A stretch of 64,000 nt of DNA, taken from contig DF236980.1 in the NCBI GenBank assembly GCA_000708835.1, positions 62,001 through 126,000 on the forward strand. Reading direction: 5' to 3'. The notes beneath the pieces are model-generated. The model saw only the letters and a program-made list of their open reading frames with translations, was not told the DNA's origin and did no database searches. Shown piece by piece: positions 10,853 to 28,060 of this stretch. The position numbers and the translations under genes are program-made. Position 1 is the stretch's first letter, and every line of letters starts with the position of its first letter. This DNA comes from Klebsormidium nitens. Lineage: Eukaryota > Plantae > Klebsormidiophyceae.

Positions 10853-12940
10853 ATGGCGCTCCAATGGCAGGAGTACGGGAAGCTCGCTGAAAAGTACGTC
10901 CAGGAGCTGCTGGGGCAAGCTTACCATTTCAGAAAGCAAGCCGTCGCATACAGCCAGGAGAATTACCACGTTGGCCGGGCCCTTGCCCAGCGCAGATTGC
11001 AGGAACTTGCGCAGGCGCCACCGATTGCCGACCTTGCGAAGCAACTAGACGCGAGGGCTGAGACGCTGGTCGTTGCGGCGCTCGCCGCTCTCCTTCTCGT
11101 GGTGCTGGTCCCGCTGCTTTTGTTGCTGAGGTCAGCGAAGAAGTCCAAGGGGGATACTATTATACTGGCGGGCCTGACGGGGGCAGGCAAGACTGCGCTG
11201 TTCACGCAGTTGCGGGATGGCTCCCTGCACAGTGGGACGGTCACATCGATGGAGCCGAATGTGGGGCGATTTGTGCTGTATGGGGAGAAGCCGACGAGCA
11301 AGCCGGTCCAGATAGCGGACATTCCGGGCCACCCGAGGTAACAACTTCTGAACAACGTGTGTGGTTTGTGATGGTAATCTGTTTACCGGAGTGTAAAGTC
11401 CTCTTTAACCCGGCATCTTTATGCACTTTCCATTCTTAGAGTTGGTGTTTTGAGACTCCTTTCTGCCTCAACTTTCCGCACTGCCAGCGATCAGAGCTGC
11501 ATCAGCGTCTTTTACGCTCCGCAACAAGCAAGCTGTAGACTTGAGGGTTTCCGCCCCTGGTCGTTTGTTGAGATAAGATACTCTATGGAATCGCTTGCAA
11601 GTAATGGATTCCTGTGCCTTGATACCTGATCCTGTTCAGGCTATGTGAATCTACTCAGACTCATAGGTCAACCTGCTTGGTAAAATGGGCCAAAAACAAA
11701 TAGCCTTGGTAAACTGCTCCTTCTTCCTGACTTCACAATCGCCCGAGCTCCACTTTTCATGCTAACTGCGGATGTGTGTCAGACTGATCCTGGCATTCTG
11801 CTTCGAGACTGAGGTTTCGTTTCACCATGCCCTTTCACTCAAGGATGCTGTTTGGAACTCTCAGGTTGCGAACGAAGCTTGACGAGTACCTGCCGAAAGC
11901 GCGCGGGATCGTGTTTGTCGTCGACGCCGTTGACTTTATGCCAAACCTGCGCGCCGTGACGGAGCTGCTGTACGACATTCTGACGCGAAGGGAGGTTGTC
12001 CGGCGGCGGATTCCCGTTCTGATTGCGTGCAATAAAATGGACCGTCTCACAGCGCACACGGTGGACTTCATCAGGAAGCAGCTCGAAAAGGAGATGTGAG
12101 TGGAATACATCAAAATCTGGCCGGATTTAGAGTTTTAGAAGTGTTGACGCGTTGATAGCTCGATAAGGAGGGGAGAAAGACAGCATCTTTCAGAGTTCAG
12201 AGTCCTTTGACATCCGGCCTGGTCAAGCATTCTCCTTCGCAGATTACCGCTTACCAAAATTTTCGAATTGGTCTTGATGAGGCTCGAAAACCGCTGATTA
12301 GAGGGTGACTTGGTCAGGAGAGGTTGGTTATTTATGGGCGTTCGGCAGGGTGGGGTCAATTTCTGAATCAGGACTTTCCATGTGCTTTTCCTTTGACCGG
12401 CTTCGCATTTGGTTGTCAGTTGGCCTGCTTCGCACAGCCTCAGGATGTAGTCAAAGACATGCCCAGGTAGGTAGCTGGATATTCTGTAGTGAGGGAGGTC
12501 ACAAACCCTGTTAGCTGTCAAGCTTTTGCTGGACGGCCTTCCTTTGAATCTGACAAAGCGATGAGCGATTTGGCAGACATGAGAGCAGCTGGCTCAGTTG
12601 ATAACGTGGACGTTGAAGTGGTTTGAATCGACCCGCCCTTGGGAACAATGTCAAGAGGAGCGGTATTTTTGGCTGTGATTGTATCACGGATTTAACAACG
12701 CTTTATCCAGGAGAGTGATGGACGTTTGGGTTTTCTCGATGCAGTGACAAGCTCCGGGTGACTCGGACGTCAATTTCGGACGCAGACGTGGGGAGTGCGG
12801 AGGAGATCCATCTAGGCAAGGAGGGAGAAGCCTTCAAGTTCGCCCAAACCTTGAACAAGGTTACTGTGGAAGAAGTGTCGGTCCACAAAGACAATCTGGA
12901 CGGCATCCGAGAGTTCATTCGGGAGAGGATTAAGGCCTGA
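10853..12940 (+). CDS. SRPRB: Signal recognition particle receptor beta subunit; exons 10853-11337, 11865-12095, 12745-12940
   Basis: A TM helix is followed by the P-loop LAGLTGAGKTALF, then TVTSMEPN, IADIPGHPRLR, IVFVVDA, LIACNKMD and LGKEGEAFKF. Splice phases are consistent. Confidence 0.95.
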
Positions 12941-14159
12941 CACAGAAATAAAGGTCATCAAGGGCTATGTGCGACCTCGAAGGTGTTCTGCCCGTTTTGC
13001 GAGCACATGTTGGGTCGAGCAGCGCGAGAATCATGTTGGATACAGGCATTCGTTTTGGTCTCGTTTGTGTCTCGATGATCACGTGGGCAAAGCCACGAGA
13101 GAGTGTGTCGGATGAATTTTAGATTTGCGAGCGGTCTTGCTTATGAGACTCATCCCAAAGCCAGTGCTTTCAACAGGACACATGTTTGCTTGTCAACATG
13201 GCAAGAAAATGCTTTCTTGTGGTGCTTCATTGCACGAGTACTTTCTTGTCTGTTAGACCTTGATGGAACTTGCTGTTTGTTTACTTGTTGACACATATGA
13301 CTGTTTCCACTGTGTAATGCGCGTGCATCTATTCGAACATGCAACACAAATTATTGAGTGTCCCGCCTAATGATCATGATGTTGCCGCTTCACGTATGAT
13401 GGATGGATATGATATCCTTGCAAGGTTTGCCCGTATATCAAAGATGGTCAATGTAAACGCTGCGTCAGACCATCATGCTGTTTTAGAATTCTCATTTATT
13501 GCAGCCGGGACCACATACTGATGATCATTGACCCTGACAGCTGCCAAGGTATTATAAGCATGTCCTTAGTATTGCCCGCCTTGCGCAACAACTCAAAGGG
13601 ACCGTGTCACATGTGAGCTCAAGCATGTGCGCAGTCCGGTGACTGGTTCATTGGCACCAAGTGAAGCGAGTCAGAGATCTCACATTGTGCAAGTATTGAA
13701 GACCTCTGGCATCATCAGAGTCAGCTCCGCAACTGTCTGCGGGAGCCATGTTCAGACTTACACATGGGGAAAACCCTCAAATCTCATGCAAGAGTATCAA
13801 ACAGACACATACCTGAAACTGCATGAAACATGTACCACCATTTTGCCACCTTGAACTCAGTAATGAATGCTACTGGAGCTTGGGATTTAGTGTTGAGCAA
13901 GCTTTTGAAGAGCAGACACCCGCCTTAGATAGCGACTTTACAAGCTCTTCAATGAACCGCTGGGAACAGGAGAGTGCATTCAAGTTCGAGATCTGCAACA
14001 TGTACCAGAACCTCCAGCACACCCACTTGCTGACAACGCTTCAATCAGATTATTGTGAACTTGAGGTGACATGGTTCAACGTTCATTTCTGTCCTGTAAT
14101 TGTGATGTATCCCCACTTTGATATAGACTACTTTGCCACCGATTACAAGTGACACTACT

Positions 14160-14879
14160 TCAAGCCTCTGTTATACCAAGCATGAGTTGCAACACCGTGA
14201 AAACCAGATAAAAGCTCCCGCCTAGTATAACGACGGTCAACGCTGCTGTCACAGGCTTCTTAAACAAGTCTCCCAACGGTCTTACCAACATGTAAAAGCC
14301 CCCGCTGGTCACGCTGAAGAAATAGAGAATGAATCGCCGAACGTTGTCCCAAAACTCGTCGTACAGCGGGTCAAAGTTGAAAGCCAGCGCGCGCATGTCC
14401 TTGTCTAGGGGGATATGCAGGTGGTCGAAGTCGGCCGCAATTGCCGGCTCCGAAAGCGCGCCGGCCACCAGAACGCTGCACCCGATGGCCAGGCCCAAGA
14501 ATGCCATTGATGAAGACGAGTTCAACGAAGTAAAACTCTGCAACTTATTCGCATCACTTTCAACCTTCTGAGCGGCCGGCACTTCTATCCTCCTGTCCAA
14601 TTCCCCATCTTCAGCACTACTCGGCATTGAACAGTGCGTGTAACAAGTGGACTGTGGGGCACTCCTGCCTTCAAGCCATCTCACTGACGTTCTTCCGGCA
14701 GTGTTGCTGCCAACAATCCCCCTTGATTTCAGGGCTGTAGATTGTCTGTAACTCCTGCAATATGCGCGAGATTTGTAACTTACAGAGGGGAGGCTGCCGC
14801 ACTCCACTTGACTGCCCGCCCGGCAATTCAGTGTGGAAAAGGAATGATGATGCGTGTGTGCAGGGCATGACAAAGCCAT
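14160..14879 (-). CDS. ycf33: Nuclear-encoded Ycf33 (DUF751) with Ser-rich plastid transit peptide; apparently intronless
   Basis: The C-terminus EFWDNVRRFILYFFSVTSGGFYMLVRPLGDLFKKPVTAALTVV...QLMLG matches the Ycf33 pattern. ATG at 14879 is inferred. Confidence 0.85.
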   Translation of the reverse strand: MALSCPAHTHHHSFSTLNCRAGSQVECGSLPSVSYKSRAYCRSYRQSTALKSRGIVGSNTAGRTSVRWLEGRSAPQSTCYTHCSMPSSAEDGELDRRIEVPAAQKVESDANKLQSFTSLNSSSSMAFLGLAIGCSVLVAGALSEPAIAADFDHLHIPLDKDMRALAFNFDPLYDEFWDNVRRFILYFFSVTSGGFYMLVRPLGDLFKKPVTAALTVVILGGSFYLVFTVLQLMLGITEA

Positions 14880-15384
14880 GGCTGCTGGGCCAGTGCTGAA
14901 AGAAGTGCCAATTCTGCGAAGCAGGAGCGCCACCACCACTGCCACTGCCAGCACCAGCAGGTTCTTCAGCAGTTTTCAGCTGGACTGAGTGATCTGGTCC
15001 CCTCGATCCGACCTCCATTTTTCAGAGTACACTGCCTTCCCTCATACAAGCTTCTCGCCAACCTAGTCTGCTCTGAACAGGGATGTGATGCCGTAGATCA
15101 CATTCAGACACAAATTTTGACCGTCGATGAGCTCCAGAGTCCTAGAGCAGCTTTGCATGGATTTTGATGACGTCGCCACCAACTCCAGTACTACCGCGGC
15201 CATAGCTTACGAATTTTCAACAATGCTGAGATGTTTCCTCTCCACTCTACGGAGCCTGTCTACTGCGGGCCCGTATGCTGGTGATTATTTTCTACTGCCG
15301 CTGCTAATAATACTGCGCATCTGCATTTGCATCAGTGCGCCTGCATTCTTTGTATAATAGGTAGTTGAAATCTCAAAGCGGTGA

Positions 15385-20619
<5,235 letters not shown>

Positions 20620-21302
20620 CGACCCGCCGGTTCATGTCGCCCAGGGTTATGTTTGCTAAAGCCACCTTGAAATTCATACCGCGAGTGTCTGCTTGGTCCA
20701 AGGGGAGAGTCTGATCAACGATTTTTGAGTTGAAGAAAGTAAAGCCTCCAAGTCGTTGGTCATCTCCGACCAGGCCGCTTGTTGCGCCACCGAATCCTTA
20801 ACCGAGGTGCTATACCCGAGCTTAACCTTCTAATTGGAGACCTAGTCAGATGTCGCAACAATGGTTCACCTCACCAAATGCTCAAAGCAGGCCCCTGCAG
20901 CACCGACATGCATATCTAGATCTCCGTCTGGCTTTCGGTGGAATTTTGCATTATGCTACATGTATATGCTGATGTGTGCAAGCGACCATGTAAACAGTAT
21001 TGCGTCGGAACATGTATGGTTGTGGAGAACTTTCTACGTTACCAACTAGCCTATGCCCGACGGCGGCCGTATGTGAATCTTATTGAATACTGTTTGGAAG
21101 ATTCATTGCATACTAGCCAGCATGTCATGGGATGCTTTGGCTCATGACGTGGCTCAAGCATGGATTTGTAACATTGAACTAGTGACTCCCATGTCACTAC
21201 ATGATCGAGCTTCACGCAATCATTATGCAATTCAACTTAACTGCCTCTATATACGGGCCCATGCTGGCACGTGCACTGAAGTTAAGGCACGATATTGACC
21301 CA

Positions 21303-21649
21303 TTAGCTTAATATCTTGAATCTGCATGCATGTTCGGATTTCCAGTAGTCCAGGTGTCCGCGGTTTTGAAAGTCAGCGATCGCGATATAGAAGCTAGGCA
21401 TGGACGGCAGCTTTTGAGTGGGAAGCCCCTGCAACCAATATAGCCGATGGTACGCATGCGCGGTTGCTAAATTTGGATCATAACTCAAGGCCTGATAAGA
21501 TACAAAATCAAAGTCGATCTCAATCCTCTATCTCGCCCAAGTGGGTGCGCTTAGCTGAAATTCTGCAAGCGCCTTACCAAGTGCATCAATGTGGTGCGTG
21601 GGCCGCTTTTGCATGACGGATGTAGATCGAACCGGCACCTTTCAATCAC
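21303..21649 (-). CDS. Possible two terminal exons of an unassigned gene (21649-21578, 21491-21303)
   Basis: TAG|GTG..TTG|GTAAGG and CAG|GCC give a phase-0 join: VIERCRFDLHPSCKSGPRTTLMHL-ALSYDPNLATAHAYHRLYWLQGLP...KILS*. No family recognised and no 5' end found. Confidence 0.25.
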
Positions 21650-22274
21650 CTATAGCAGACGGTACTAAAACTGGATCCTTTGCGCAGACGGTGTTGGCTC
21701 GTCGGCGAACTACATGGTTGCTTGAGAACACGTTGTGTTTGAGTCGAACTTGAGTACTTCCTTAAGCAGTCCAAAGATGAGTATGGGAAGCCGCTATAAG
21801 ATTCCAGCATCTCGAATCAGTCCCCAAAGCAAACTAGCTTAGATCTGGTCTTCTTTCTTATAAGTCCGACAATCAAACTTGGATGTACAGATAAGCTCGT
21901 ACGCGCGCACCAGCCTTGTTGACATTCCCTCACGCGTGCCTGCCATTGAGTGTTCATCTTAACTGTCTCCATGCTCCTACGCTTGCCAATCTGGATTCAT
22001 CGCCCTCAATCTTCTGAGAAGCTAGAGAAAAACGGTCGCTCATCTGGTTATTAGTCCCCTTCATGCGAATGCCATATGTTACGTACCATACACTAGCTAT
22101 TCCCGGCTTTGCCTGGCTTAGCCTGAATGAGAAACGCCACTGCGGATCCTATAGCCCTATACCTGATCACCACCTGTTGTCAATGCGCTATGGTACATCA
22201 CATTGCTGTAATACCTCCCCCCGTGCCCCGACGATATGATCTCCTCGCCAAGAAGCCCTCTTCTCTAGTTGTAC

Positions 22275-22325
22275 TTTTCATCAGCTCATTCTTTTTCATC
22301 AGCTCGTTCTTTTTCATCAGCTCAT
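22275..22325 (+). repeat. 18-bp tandem repeat x3 (TTTTCATCAGCTC core) just downstream of the XRI1-like stop
   Basis: Units start at 22275, 22293 and 22311. Confidence 0.85.
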
Positions 22326-22350
22326 CTTTCCACAGCCCGCAGGCGTGCCT

Positions 22351-25300
22351 TCACTTCGTTTTCAGCACTGTGATAGACCCCGTCCCTTCTGTCTTAATCT
22401 TCGTCAGCTTGATCACCGTCCTCCCCCCCAGCGAACGAGTCCTGGGAGACGAACTAGACACGGCGGGAGAGTGCGCCACTTTCTGTGCCGGCGTGGGTGG
22501 GGACCGCAGCCCCTGGCTGACGTCAGAACGGGTAGGGCTTGCTCCCAACTCCTGCCTAGGGGGCCCGAATGGATAGATCTTGCTTCCCCCGGAAACTCGC
22601 CGCTCTAGATTGCGGGGGGGGGTGAACAATTGGGTAGGGTATTTGCTGGGTTGGATTGGGAGAGGCGACAGAGGGGAGGCCAGACTTGGCACGGCGGTGC
22701 CGGCTCGCGGGGGCGAGCTCAGGGGATTTTGTTCTGCAGGCGGCACGAGAGCAGGGTTAGCAGAAAGTTGGAACAGAACAACAAAACCGGAAACTGCTAA
22801 CGAAAGACTTGACCTTTAAGGGGGGAGAGCTCAGGGAAGTTCTGTAGGCAGAACGACAGCAGAACCAGACGAGGCTCGGAAGACAACAATTGGCAACAAT
22901 ATTGAGCAAAGTTGCCCTCAAGAACGCTATCAGCCGCAGATACGACCCTCAGACTCTTTTGTTTGGCAGGTTACAGACGCAACTTGCAGTTGCATCACTG
23001 ATCAGACGTGCAGGTGCGACTGATGAAAGACAGTAGACGTGGATATAGTGACCAACCAGTCAAAGGCGTCCCAGTCAAACCTGCTTGGACAATGGCACAC
23101 CTCCAGAGAGACAATATTCTGCTGGGGGCTTCAGATTACCAAGATGGCCGTAGGAAGCTAGATGGATGAACAGTCGAGAAACGACGTCTCACCTTGCTTG
23201 ATGCCCTTGCCGATTGTGAATCGCTGTCCGCGTTGAGGCTTGCCAGCATCTTGCATCTGCTGTCGCTTTGTTGCCCTCAGGAAATGGTCTGCAATCACCA
23301 AAATTATTTTCGTTTTGGAGAATCATCATGGAATGGTTCCTTACTTTGAGGAAAACCTCATCACGAGCGTCAGATGGGAAACAATCCTAAGCTAGGGGCA
23401 CAATTCTATTGGAATCCATGTTGAGGCATGAAAAGCAAACTGTGGCAGTGCTGAAAATCAAGGATTGACGCGAATTGCAGTCAGCGTGCTACAACAGAAG
23501 TTTCACAATCGACATAGGAAGTCTTGAGGACAAAACTCGGAGTGTGCTTTCCAGTAAGGTCAAAAAGTCTCATTTTGGGTTTAGAAGCTGGGCATGCGAT
23601 GTGAGTAGTCCTCGCATCCCTTGTTGGATGCATCTTGGCTTGGTCTCAGCGTTAGTCAGAATGAGCTGATTGCTGCTTACCTGGTCCCGGCGGGCTTGGC
23701 TCAATGCTTTCAACCGTAGCCTCTTCGCATGTGTAGCTGAAAAGGAGAAGCAAGAATTCTGCTCAGAGAATTGATTGTGCTGTACCTGACAGGGTGGTTC
23801 TTGCCAATCGCAACTGATAGTTCCATTGTGAGTTTCAACCTTGAAAACTCCAAGTTCTGGTCCAATCTTGCCAAACTCAGTCAATACTGCCTACGGACAG
23901 GGTGCCAACGTGTATCATGGGACAGCCAGATACCGCATTTATAAACAGGACCGGCTTGTTGGACTGACTTGCACAAACTGCTCACCTTGGATTGATATCC
24001 TTGACAGGTACGAAGATAGATTCCACTCCATCCAAAAGTTCAGCCTCTTCACCTGTCATTGAGAGTTGTAAACTTCAGCCCTCTATCGATAGCCTTCAGT
24101 TCTTCAATCGTGCAGGCAATGAAAAGGACTCTGCTCAACAGCTTGGACTCCATATGGAACACACGCTTGTTGAGGGGTCCCTTCCTTGGGGAGTCCCTTC
24201 CATTTTCCTATTGATGAGATGCCTTAACTTGGAAAGTCCTGTGCAACGGTCATACGTACCTCTAAGGACAGCATATGAGCTGCCGGCAGTGCAGTCAACA
24301 CCGTGGTCTTGGCTCCATGACTCAGTGCTCTGAAAATTAAGCAGTAGCAATTGGTTAGCAGTCTCCTAGCCAGCTCACAAAGATGTCAGGAGTACTTCCT
24401 GGCAGAGTTGGTCAAGTGTGGTCAATCAGCACTTTCCTTGCCATACAAGCACAGTAAGATGGTCTAAGCAGAAGATGCGTGCCCTTTTTAACAGTGGCCT
24501 ATAGAACTCTTGTCTGTCCTGCACAGCTCCACAGCTCGAGTCCTGCATTTACAGAAACACAGTCGCCTTTGGACATTTCCAAAGTGTTTCCGAAATCAGC
24601 TTACCAAGATTGTTGATGGTTCCAGGAAGTCTGACGCACAGCCACTGAGGGAGACCCTCTCTGCCTGCCGGTGCTCTTCTCCAATCAGCTTACGCTTCCT
24701 GCAGGCCCGCATGCTAGGGCTCAGCGGCTCTGGGCTGGTGCTGACAACATAGCCTGCAGTGACGGAAGCGTTATTTAGGAGAAGCGAGCTTAGCTTTCAG
24801 AACCCCGCTTGATCACTCCCAGTTTAAGGTTCTGAAGCCCCATTGTTTCAAAAGGCAGAGACTTTCAGAACAATCCCGCTAATCTGCCATAAGCTTGCCA
24901 AGCCCCAAGCTTGCGCAGCTTCAATGCTGTACTTCTAACCAGTGATAGAGAAAGGCAATAGAACACCGCGTCAGGGATGCAAGACTTGGCAGGCACAGTG
25001 CATTGCATATGGCAACTAAGAGTTTGTGAAAGGGAGTGCTTGACTAGAACTTTTTTAGCAAGTGAGAGAGTGCGGAACATTTGCATATTTGACGTCCTGG
25101 AACTCAAGGTCTCACCTTGTGATTCCTGGCTCTGAATGAACAAGTCAGTCTCATCGCAAGTTCCTTGTGACAGAAATGTTGGCTCATCTGAGCAACTCTG
25201 AGGGCCTTCGGTCCACAGAAGATCTGCATAACACAGCATTCAATGAGGGTGCCGCCCGACTTTATTATGTGCGTGGCTTGAACAAGCATAGAGTATCGTG

Positions 25301-25831
25301 GAAGAATGTAACAAAGTTTCGGTATAGGGATATGGGGTGGGCAAAAATTGACGCAGTAAGTGGATTATTTTGCGAGCAAAAGTGGAGGCACGTGGAAGAG
25401 ATTTACGTGAGATGACAACACGTGAACAAGTATTGATTTAAGGGGAGAACCTTATTCAGCTCCCTTCAATCTGCTTCTCCAGAACCAGAGTGGCCGACCA
25501 GAGTCCTCTAAGTGACGGTCTCACACAATCACTGCCACATTCTGATGAACATAGTAAATGCTTGTAATACGGAAATATCCCGAACCGAAGAACAGCTATC
25601 TCTCAGACTTTGAAATTGACCAGCTTTATGTTGTCACCCAATCCACGCACATGTTCATGAAGACTCCAAAGAAACGTTTCCAATGATTGAGCACATATTT
25701 CCGCAGCTCAGAGAATGAATCGAGAATTTGGATTTGAGATTGAAAAACACTCAATAACCTCGCGCACCTGGCAACAATGTGAGGTCTGGAGGATACTGAA
25801 GCGTCTCTTCCCAATGCCATGCAGGCTCCAT
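22351..25831 (-). CDS. XRI1: XRI1-like (X-ray induced 1 family) protein, ~8 exons; first exon 25831-25768, last exon 22733-22351
   Basis: The C-terminus KIYPFGPP...SDVSQGLRSPP...GGRTVIKLTKIKTEGTGSITVLKTK* resembles the XRI1 C-terminal motif. The N-terminus MEPAWHWEE and a central RACRKRKL also fit. Internal exons were joined by phase; some boundaries are tentative. Confidence 0.75.
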
Positions 25832-26981
25832 TGCGGGTGGGGCAGGTTGACGTTGTGTAGGCACGCATGAGCAGACCAATCAATGCTGTGTCAATGAGCG
25901 CACCCTTCGAAACAGCTCTCCGGTGCGCCCGCGCCGTTACAAAGCTATTGACACTCCAGGACCGCCCGCACAAATTTGAACAGTGACGAGCAGTTCCAAC
26001 AAGCGCCCTTAGCATTGCCGTGCAGGTTGGGGAGCTGCCCCTGGGCTCGGCGCTGCCCTTTCAAGGCAATCCTCAGTCGGAGCTGGCGCAAATGAAAGAG
26101 CTCCTGGCAGAGCTGCTCCAAGAGCTGATGCAGAAGAAAGCCTGGATCTCAGGCTGGCTTCTGCGGACAAGTATCTACAAAAGATCTAACGAAAAGGTAC
26201 ACAATGCTAACGAAAAGTCAACCTTTTCACCTCCCTGGGAATGCTGTACACACGAAAGGGATGATTCCTCAAGGGCTATCCAGTACTGGCGCGCCACAGG
26301 TGGCCTGCATCAATGCACCAAATAAACGAGCGCCCGCTGAATCAATGGATGCATGTCGCTCCGAGATTGTCGAATCTGTGCGAGTACCGCATTGCGGGTA
26401 AAATCTGACACTGGATACCGTTGGGCGTACTTACTGCTCGTGCGTGCTCAGGGCTGGTGTCAGCGACGGTTGATGTGATCGTAAAATATGGCGCGAAGTC
26501 GCCGAAACCCTTGGGCTTTCTGGAGCGTCCAACGGGTGACATCGACGGTCGCAATGAATTTCAAGCGGCTTGCCCAACCCACGATCGTTCCCCTTCCCCA
26601 AGTTCCAACCCCTGGGTAACCGATCAATTTGGATCTGCAGGCGGTTTTCAGTCATGTGCATGCACCGCGTGGCTGCCGTTGTCGTTTACGAGGTAACCGG
26701 GGCTGACGCCAGGTACAGTGACGGTGCCGGGTACATTCAACCGGCCATGCCAGTGGTACCTACCGGTAGAAATCAGGTCCCTGGAGTCGGGACGTGCAAT
26801 GCAAGGGGCGCATGAGCTACAGTGGCACCTGCCACCAACTTGCACATTCCAATCTCCTGGTGCATGACCTCACGCCGGCACAGTGTCACGGAAACTGCTC
26901 TTGGCCAACCGTTATCGCTCCACGCCGGGCCAGGTTAACCCCGGGCCGGCCGGTACCTACATAGCATATCGTCACTGGTCA

Positions 26982-27337
26982 GGCCCCACTGCCGCAAAAC
27001 GGACAAAGCAGCCGAACTTTTCTTGGAAAAAAGTTGCGGACGCAAGTTTGTCACAACTCGGACCTGTAACCGCCGACAAACAACCGGGCACTCCCTGTGA
27101 CATTAGGGTTATGTTGCAAGCCTGTGACGGTTTGATAGGGTCGCGCCACCTTACAGTGACTGCACTACGATTAGGGTTAATACTAACGGCTCAGGCATAT
27201 GCTTCGGTTTTAGTGTTTGGTAAGGCTCCCGGTAGTCTTGGATTATGCCCGGTTTATAAAATCGGACGGTGTCCGCGTCCGTTTTTCCGAGAAAAGTTCG
27301 GCTGCTTTGTGCCTCTTGCCCGCGGCCCCACTGCCGC
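26982..27337. mobile_element. MITE-like or foldback element: ~35-40 bp inverted repeats flanked by a 14-bp direct repeat
   Basis: 27004-27043 (CAAAGCAGCCGAACTTTTCTTGGAAAAAAGTTGCGGACGC) matches the reverse complement of 27275-27309 (CAAAGCAGCCGAACTTTTCTCGGAAAAACGGACGC). GGCCCCACTGCCGC occurs at 26982 and 27324. No coding capacity recognised; the mobile-element label is inference. Confidence 0.5.
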
Positions 27338-28060
27338 GGCTGAGTCGGCCCAGTCGGGACTGTGATTGGCTGATCAATCATCATTGGCGAGGGGGAGGTG
27401 GTTGGGTGCAAAATAGTACCCATCCTATGTGGCAGCCCCTAATGCAATTAGAATGCTATCTTTGGCCGACCGGAAGTTTCAGCCGGCCCGCTTGCTTTCC
27501 ATACACAAAAATCCAAACCCAGTTCGTTGACACTTGAGAGAACCACTCGAACAGTCGTGCTCTTTCCCTCGAGTACGCGGCCTCTTTTAACCTATCGAAG
27601 TTTCACTCAACCTTCTTTACTAACCACCTGGAACACAAACCAAGCCCGGGCACTCCCAAAATAACCCGGCGTTTGTAACTTTGTACCCCTATCCCCTGTG
27701 ATTGGCTGAGCTACCTACTCCTCTAAGCTGCATCGTGAATCGTGATTCGGACACCGCTTGATTCTATGGTTCTGTAGAGGAATGCATGATGCAAATTGGC
27801 TGGCGATTTTGATGCACATGCACAACTGGGGACGAGCGCAGTGCTGAGTGCATAAGGAAACCAGGTAAAGAAGGTAGCGACGTGATGGGTCTTTTCTCCA
27901 AACCGCAGAACCAGAGGCGCACGTTACATGTGGTTCAAAACACCTCTTGTTGCATGGCGGCTTCTTCCAAGCAATTCTATCGTTAGAGCACTGCTTCGCA
28001 AGCAGGAAGATAAGGTTCTGAAATCCTGGAAAATCATACCAAAGTCAACCAACCGAAACA

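Noticed and set aside
22180-22351. In-frame continuation after the XRI1-like stop containing KDEL-like repeats (possible read-through)
   Set aside because: The stop falls where the family C-terminus ends; the repeats are an 18-bp tandem duplication in the 3' UTR.
23786-23890. Exon-like segment inside XRI1-like (AVLTEFGKIGPELGVFK)
   Set aside because: Natural acceptors give stops in the required phase, and the flanking exons join in phase without it.
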